Shown here: positions 56,935 to 64,000 of the stretch, piece after piece
Layout: each line of letters opens with the position of its first letter
Position numbering within the stretch: position 1 is the stretch's first letter
NCBI RefSeq assembly: GCF_009914755.1
Contig: NC_060945.1
DNA length: 64,000 nt
Strand: one strand, 5' to 3'
Source: the human T2T-CHM13v2.0 reference genome, Homo sapiens
Notes under the pieces: model-generated
What the model was told of the DNA's origin: nothing
The model's input: the letters and a program-made list of their open reading frames with translations, nothing else
Database searches by the model: none
Program-made: the position numbers and the translations under genes

Positions 56935-57067
56935 CTTAATCTCTTTAGGCTACTATAACAAAATACTTTAGACTGAGTAATTCATAAACAACAGAGATTA
57001 TTGCTCACAGATCTGGAGGCTGGAAAGTCCAAGACTAAAGGGGCAGAATATTTAGTGTTTGGTGAAG
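56935..57067 (-). mobile_element. MLT1A/B-type LTR fragment fused to the satellite
   Basis: GCTACTATAACAAAATAC...GCTCACAGATCTGGAGGCTGGAAAGTCCAAGA. Confidence 0.8.
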
Positions 57068-60000
57068 GTCAAACATTCAGACACTCGCAACGACTATAGT
57101 GACAGCAGCAGTCTTCAGGAATCCTATGTGAGGGAAAAACATTCAGACCACAGCAGGAGTGCTCGGGAATCCTATGTGAGGGACAAACATTCAGACCCCA
57201 GCAGTAGTGTTGTGGAATCCTATGTGAGGGGAAAACTTTCAAACCCTTGTAGCAGTGTTCTGCAATCTTATGTGAGGGGCAAAAATTCAGAACCTTGTAG
57301 CAGTGTTCTGGAATCCTATATGAGGAACAATCAGACCACAGCAGGAATGTTCTGGAATCCTATGTGAGGGGCAAACATTCAGACCACAGCAGGAGTGTTC
57401 TGGAATCCTATGTGAGGGAAAAACATTCAGACCACAGCAGGAGTGCTCTGTAATCCTATGTGAGGGACAAACATTTCAAAACCTTGTAGAAGTGTGCTGG
57501 GATGTTATGTCAGGGACAGACATTTAGACCCTCGCAGCAGTGTTCTAGAATCCCATCTGCGGGACAAACATTCAGACACTCGCAGCAGTGTTCTGGAATT
57601 CTATGTGAGGGACAGACATTCAAACCCCAACAGCAGTGTTCTAGAATCCTATGTGAGGGACAGACGTTCAGACCCCAGCAGCAGTGTTCTGGAATCCTAT
57701 GTGAGGTACAAACATTCAGACACCAGCAGAAGTGTTCTGGAATCCTATGTGAGGGACAAACATTCAGACCCTCGTAGCACTGTTCAGGAATCCTATGTGA
57801 GGGACAAACATTCAGACCCTCCTAGCAGTGTTCTGGAATCTTATGTGAGGGACAAACATTCAAACCACAGCAGCAGTGTTCTGGAATCCTACGTGAAGGA
57901 CAAACTTTCAGACCACAGCAGGAGAGTTCTGGAATCCTATGTGAGGGACAAACTTTCAGACCAAAGCAGGAGTGTTCTTAAATCCTATATGAAGGACAAA
58001 CATTCAGACCCCAGGAACACTGTTCTGAAATCCTATGATAAGGGCAAACATTCAGACCCCAACATGAATGTTCTGGAATCCTATGTGAGGGACAAGCATT
58101 AAGACCATAGCAGGAGTATTCTGGAATCCTATGTGAGGGACAAACATTCAGACCCTTGTAGAAGTGTTCTGGAATCCTATGTGATTAAAAAAACATTGAG
58201 ACCACAGCAGGAGTGCTCTGGAATCCTATGTGAGGGACAAACATTCAGACCCCAGAAGGAGTGTTCTGGAATCCTATGTAAAGGACAAACATTCAGACCC
58301 TCGTAGCAGTGTTCTGGAATCCTATGTGAGGGAAAAACATTCAGAACCTCGTAGCAGTGTTCTGGAATCGTATGTGAGGGACAAACATTCAGACCCTCCC
58401 AGCAGTCTTCTGGAATTCTATGTGAGGGACAGACATTCAAACCCCAGCAGCAGGGTTCTGGAATCCGATGTGAGGGACAGACATTCAGACCCCAGCAGCA
58501 GTCTTCTGGAATCCTATGTGAGGGACAAACTTTCAAACACTCATAGCAGTGTTCTGGAATCCTATGTGAGGTACAAACATTCAGACCCTCATAGCAGTGT
58601 TCTGGAATCCTATGTGAGGTACAAACATTCAGACCCTCATAGCAGTGTTCTGGAATACTATGTGAGGGACAACCATTCAGACCATGGCAGTTCTGAAATG
58701 CTATGTGAAGGACAAACATTCACACCCTCGTAGCAGTGTTCTGGAATCCTATGTGAAGGACAGACATTTAGACCCTCGAAGCAGTGTTCTGCAGTCTTAA
58801 GTGAGGAACAAAAATTCAGACCCTCGTAACAGTGTTCTGGAATCCTTTTTTGAGGGACAGACATTGAGACCCCAGCAGCAGTGGTCTGGAATACCATGTG
58901 AGGGACAAACATTCACACCCCAGCAACACTGTTCTGTAATCGTATGTGAGGGACAAGCATTCAGACCCCAGCAGCAGTGTTCTGGAATCTTATGTGAGGG
59001 ACAAACATTGAGACCCTCGTAGCAGTGTTCTGGAATCCTACGTGAGACACAAACATTCGTACCACAGCAGAAGTGTTCCGGAATCTTATGTGAGGGACAA
59101 CCATTCAGATCACAGCAGGAGTGTTCTGGAATCCTTTGTGAGGGACAACCATTCAGACCACAGCAGGAGTGTTCTGGAATCCTATGTGAGGGACAAATAT
59201 TCAGACCTCAGCAGGAGGGTTCTGGAATCCTGTGTGAGGGACCAACATTCAGACCCTCGTAGCAGTGTTCTGGAATGCTATGTGAAAGACAACCATTCAG
59301 ACTCTCATAGCAATGTTCTGGAATCCTATGTCAGGGACATTCAGACCCCAGCCGCAGTGTTCTGGAATCCTATGTGACAGACAAACATTCAGACCACAGC
59401 AGGATCGTTCTGGAATCCTATGTGACAGAAAAACGTTCAGACCATAGCAGTAGTGTTCTGCAATCCAATGTGAGGGACAAACATTCAGAGCCCAGCAGCA
59501 GTGTTCAGGAATCCTATGTGAGGGACCAACAATCAGACCCTCGTAGCAGAGTTCTGAAATCCTATGTGAGGGACAAACATTCAGAACCCAGCTGCAGTGT
59601 TCTGGAATCCTATGTGACAGAAAAACATTCCGACCACAGCAGCAGTGTTCTGGAATCCTATGTACGGTACAAACTTTCAGACCACAGCAGGAGAGTTCTG
59701 GAATCCTATGTGAGGGACAAACTTTCAGACCCCAGGAGCAGTGTTCTGAAATCCTATGTTAAGGGCAAGCATTTACATCCCAGTGTGAATGTTCTCGAAT
59801 CCTAGGTAAGGGACAAACATTCAGACCACAGCAGGAGTGTTCTCGAATCCTATGTGAGGAACAAACATTCAGACCACAGAAGGAGTGTTCTGGAATACAA
59901 TGTGAGGGACATTCAGACCCTCTTAGCAGTGTTCTGGAGTCCTATGTGGTGAGCAAACTTTCAGACCACAGCAGGAATATTCTGGAATCCTATGTGAGGG

Positions 60001-61722
60001 TCAAACATTCAGACCACAGCAGGAGTGTTCTGGAATCCTATGTGAGGGCAAACATTCAGACCCACGTGGCAGTGTTCTGGAATCCTAAGTGAGGGACAAA
60101 TATTCAGACCACAGCAGGAGTGCTCTGGAATCCTATGTGAGGGACAAACATTCAGAACCTCGTAGCAGTGTCCTGAAATCTTATGTGAGGGAGAGACATT
60201 TAGACCCTCGCAGCAGTGTTCTGGTATCCCATGTGAGGGACAAACATTCAGACCCTCCCAGCCATATTCTGGAATTCTATGTGAGGGAAAGACGTTCAAA
60301 CCCCAGCAGCAGTGTTCTGGAATCTGATTTGAGGGGCAGACATTCAGACCCCAGCAGCAGTGTTCTGGAATGCTATGTGAAGGACAAACATTCAGACCAC
60401 GGGAGCAGTGTTCTAGAATCCTACGTGAAGGACAAACATTAAGACTCTCATAGCAGTGTCCTGGAATCATATGTGAGGAACAACCATTCAGACACCAGCA
60501 GAAGTGTTCTGGAATCCTAGGTGTGGGAAAAACATTCAGAACCTAGTAGCAGTGTTCTGGAATCCTATGTGAGGGACATACATTCAGACCACGGCAGCAG
60601 TGTTCTGGAATGGTATGTGAAGGACAAACATTCAGACCCTTGTAGCAGTGTTCCGGAATTCTATGTGAGGGACAAACATTCAGACTACAGCAGCAGTGTT
60701 CTGGAATCCTATATGACGGACCAACGTTCAGACACTTGCAACAGTGTTCTGGAATACTAGGTGAGGGAGAAATATTCACACCCTTGTAGCAGTGTTCTGG
60801 AATTCTATGTGACTGACAAACATTCAGACTCCAGCAGCAGTGTTCTGTAATCCTATGTGAGTGACAAACATTCAGACCCCAAGAGCAGTGTTCTGAAATC
60901 CTATGTTAAGGGAAACATTGAGACCCCAGCATGAATGTTCTGGAATCCTATGTGAGGGACAAACATTCAGACCACGGCAGGAGTATTCTGGAATCCTATG
61001 TGAGGGACAAACATTCAGACTACGGCAGGAGTATTCTGGAATCCTATGTGAGGGACAAACATTCAGACCACGGCAGGAGTATTCTGGAATCCTATGTGAG
61101 GAACAAACATTTAGACCACAGCAGGAGTGTTCTGGAATCCTATATGAGGGATAAGCATTCAGACCCTCGTAGCAGTGTTCTGGAATCCTATGTGAGGGAG
61201 AAGCATTCAGAGCACAGCAGGAGTGCTCTGAAATCCTATGTTAGGGACAAACATTCAGAACCTCGTAACATTGTTCGGGAAACCTATGTGAGGGACAGAC
61301 ATTTAGACCCTCGCAGCAGTGTTCTGGAATCCCATGTGAGGGTCAAACATTCAGATCCTCACAGCAGTGTTCTGGAATTCTATGTGAGTGACAAACTTCC
61401 AGACTCCAGCAGCAGTGTTCTGTATTCCTATGTGAAGGACAAACATTCAGAATCCAGGAGCAGTGTTTTGAAATCATATGTTAAGGGCAAACATACCCTA
61501 GCATCACTGTTCTAGAATCATATGTGAGGGACAGACATTCAGACCCTCGCAGCAGTGTTCTGGAATCCTAGATGGGGGACAAACATTCAGACCCCAGCAG
61601 CAGGCTTCTGGAATCCTATGTGGGGGACAAACATTCAGACAATGGCAGCAGTGTTCTGGAATCCTACGTGAGGGACAAACACTCAGAGCCTTGTAGCAGT
61701 GTTCTGGAATCCTATGTGAGTG
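57065..61722. repeat. CER 48-bp satellite array (~97 monomers)
   Basis: Tandem GGAATCCTATGTGAGGGACAAACATTCAGACC(ACAGCAGGA/CTCGTAGCA)GTGTTCT with a 48-bp period. Confidence 0.93.
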
Positions 61723-62049
61723 AGAGTGCCTGGAGCCTACCCAACCTGACGCCCCCAAAGCCCTCACAGGGTCTGACCTCCCAGCATGCACCTGCCTCTC
61801 CCTGAACCCCAACTGCCCACCCTGCCTGTTCCCTGGCCTCCTTCATCCTGTGCAGCCCATAGACTGTGACCATCTCTGCAGCCACTCTGGCTCTTCCTTT
61901 ACCTTTGTCCTTTCAGAATCTCTGAGCAGGATCTCCCAGGTCCATCCAAACACGTGCTTTGTCCACTTTTGACTAGGCCCTTGGGCATCACTGGGCTATC
62001 CCAGCTGTCCACAGGGCCTTCAATAATGCACATTGCACCTGGCTTATCC

Positions 62050-62965
62050 AAGCAGTGCTCAGCAGCCCACATTGACCAGGTCCCTGCTGACCAGACCCCA
62101 CACATCAGGTCCTCCCTGATGACACCCTCACTGATTAGACCCTCATGACCAGGCCCCACTAACAAGGCCCCCACTGCCAGGCACACAATGACAAGGACTC
62201 CACTGACCAGGACCTTACTGACAAGGTCTCACTGACAAGGCCTCACGGACCAAGTCCTTACTGACAAGTCCTCACTGACTAGGTCATTATTGACAAGGCC
62301 TCACTGATCAGGTTCCACTGATCATGACCTCATTCCCTGGCCCCAAAGATGAGGCCCCACTGACCAGGCCTCCAGGGAACAGGTTGCCACTGATCAGGCC
62401 CCTAATAACCAGGCCTAAGGTCACCAGATGCCCCTGACTGGGACCCTAGTGAGTAGACCCCACTGAACTGGCACCAAATGCTGAGATCCCCGCTGACCAG
62501 GTCACCCTGTAGACCGGTGCTACAAAAGTCACCACTGACCAAGTCCTCTCTGACTAGGACACTACAGATTAGGTCCCACTGACAAGGCTGCCCTGACCAG
62601 GGCCCCACTGACAAGGGCCTCACTGATGAGGACACACCCACCAGGGTCTGCTGACTAGGTTCCATGTGCCCAGTCCTCCACTGAATAGCACCCCTTGACC
62701 TGGTCACCAGTGCCCCAGCCCATGCTGACCAGGCCAGCACTAAGCCCCAGCTGACCAGGTCTCCACTGATCAAGCCCCACAGCCCAGGTTTGCACTGACC
62801 AGACACCAAACAACTGGCAGCCAATAGGTCCCCACTCACCAAAACCCCCACTACTAGACCGCAGTAATGAGACCCTCTCTAAGCAGACCTCTGCTGACCA
62901 CGATCCCACTAAATAGTCCTCACTGACCTAGGTCCACTGACCAGGCCCACACTGATCAGGCCCCT
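62050..62965. repeat. HSAT5-like CACTGACCAGG satellite
   Basis: Many degenerate CCCACTGACCAGG/CACTGACAAGG units at irregular ~15-20 bp spacing. Confidence 0.7.
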
Positions 62966-62999
62966 CCTAACCACGCCGGAAATCCAAGCGGCAATGACA

Positions 63000-64000
63000 T
63001 GTTTCATATGGCAGAAGTTGGAACAAGACAGAGAGAGGAAAGAGGTTCCACAGCCTTTTAAACTACTAGATCTCATGAGAACTCACTCACTATCAGGAGG
63101 ATGGCATTAAGGGCTTGGTGCTTTGCCATTTGTGAAGGATCCACTCCCACCCCTTTATGATTAAAACTTTTTCCACCTAGGCCCCGACTCTAACATTAGG
63201 GAGTGTACTTTCACATGAGTTTTGGAAGGGGCATAGAGAAAAACCGTATTATTCTGTCCCTGACCCCACAAATCTCATGTCCTTCTCACATTGCAAGATA
63301 CAGTCATGCCTTGCCAGCAGTCTCCCAAAGTCTTAACTCATTTCAGCATTAACTCAAAGTTACAAAGTCCAAAGTCTCATCTGGGTCAAGGCTACATTCT
63401 CTTTTGCCTACGAGTCTCTGAAATAAAAAGCAAGTTCACTGCGTCTAAGGTACAATGATGGTACAGGCATTGTGTAAGCTTTCCATATCCAAAAGAGAGA
63501 CATTTTCCAGAAAGCTTCTTATTTTTATCTGAGGCCCCCTCAGCCTGGCCTTCACTGTCCATGTTTTTGTCAGCATTCTTGTCACAGCCATTTAACCAGT
63601 CTCTAAGATGGTCCAAAAATGTTCTCATCTGTCTGTCTTCTTTGGAGCCCTCCAAACTCTTCCAACCTCTACCCATTACCCAGTTCCGAAGTTGCTTCCA
63701 CATTTTCAGGTATATTTATAGCAATGCTCCAGTCCTCATTTGCCATTTTTGGTAAGATTTATCTTGAAAAAGAGGTTTAATTGGCTCATGGTTCTGCAGA
63801 GTGGACAGGAAGCTTAGTGCTTCTGCTTCTGGGGGGCCTCAGAAATCTTTCAATCATTGTGCAAGGTAATGAAAGAGTGAATTGTCTCACATGGCAAGAG
63901 GAAATCACGGAGAGTAGGGAGTGATATAGAGTTTTCAGTGGCCAGATCTCACGAGAAGTCACTCATGATTGTGAGGACAGTACCAAGGGGATGGTGCTGA
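63000..64000 (-). mobile_element. MST-type MaLR: LTR part, shortened internal region, second LTR running off the window
   Basis: AGATCTCATGAGAACTCACTCACTATC, internal CCAAAGTCTTAACTCATTTCAGCATTAACTC and ACCCAGTTCC.AAGTTGCTTCCACATTTTC, second LTR AAGAGGTTTAATTGGCTCATGGTTCTGCAG. Confidence 0.8.

Noticed and set aside
57065-61722. CRISPR-like appearance: a constant ~38-bp core with a variable ~10-bp segment
   Set aside because: The variable part is a small set of related variants, not unique spacers. There are no cas genes, the context is primate, and the unit matches CER satellite.

Overview
This is primate (most likely human) genomic DNA and is almost entirely repeat-derived. I find no intact protein-coding gene, and most listed ORFs are Alu, L1, ERV or satellite read-throughs. 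From left to right: (1) old L1 fragments; (2) a HERV-K14/HML-1-like provirus (LTR, tRNA-Lys PBS, gag) interrupted in its dUTPase region by a MER9/HERV-K9 (HML-3) provirus with a deleted pol, both truncated at about 7.6 kb; (3) a MER4-group ERV1 internal region with an env TM remnant and a MER52 LTR, carrying a TSD-flanked L1PA7-like element whose 5'UTR appears to have been spliced before integration; (4) an old antisense L1; (5) a CpG-rich promoter (~28.3 kb) with ETS and YY1 motifs and at least two canonical non-coding exons on the + strand; (6) an LTR6-like solo LTR and a complete MER57 provirus (TSD GTTC, perfect tRNA-Leu PBS) with a nested MER52 solo LTR; (7) MaLR, L1M, Tigger4, Tigger1 and about 30 Alus in total; (8) a ~4.7 kb 48-bp CER satellite array, an HSAT5-like array and an MST element. 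CER plus HSAT5-like satellite suggests a pericentromeric or acrocentric segmental-duplication region. I see no evidence of a new enzymatic system. The most notable signals are the spliced L1, a ~420-bp inverted paralog patching a rearrangement junction, the nested HERV-Ks, and a candidate spliced lncRNA that may read into the CER satellite. Repeat family names come from recall of consensus sequences, not from a database search.
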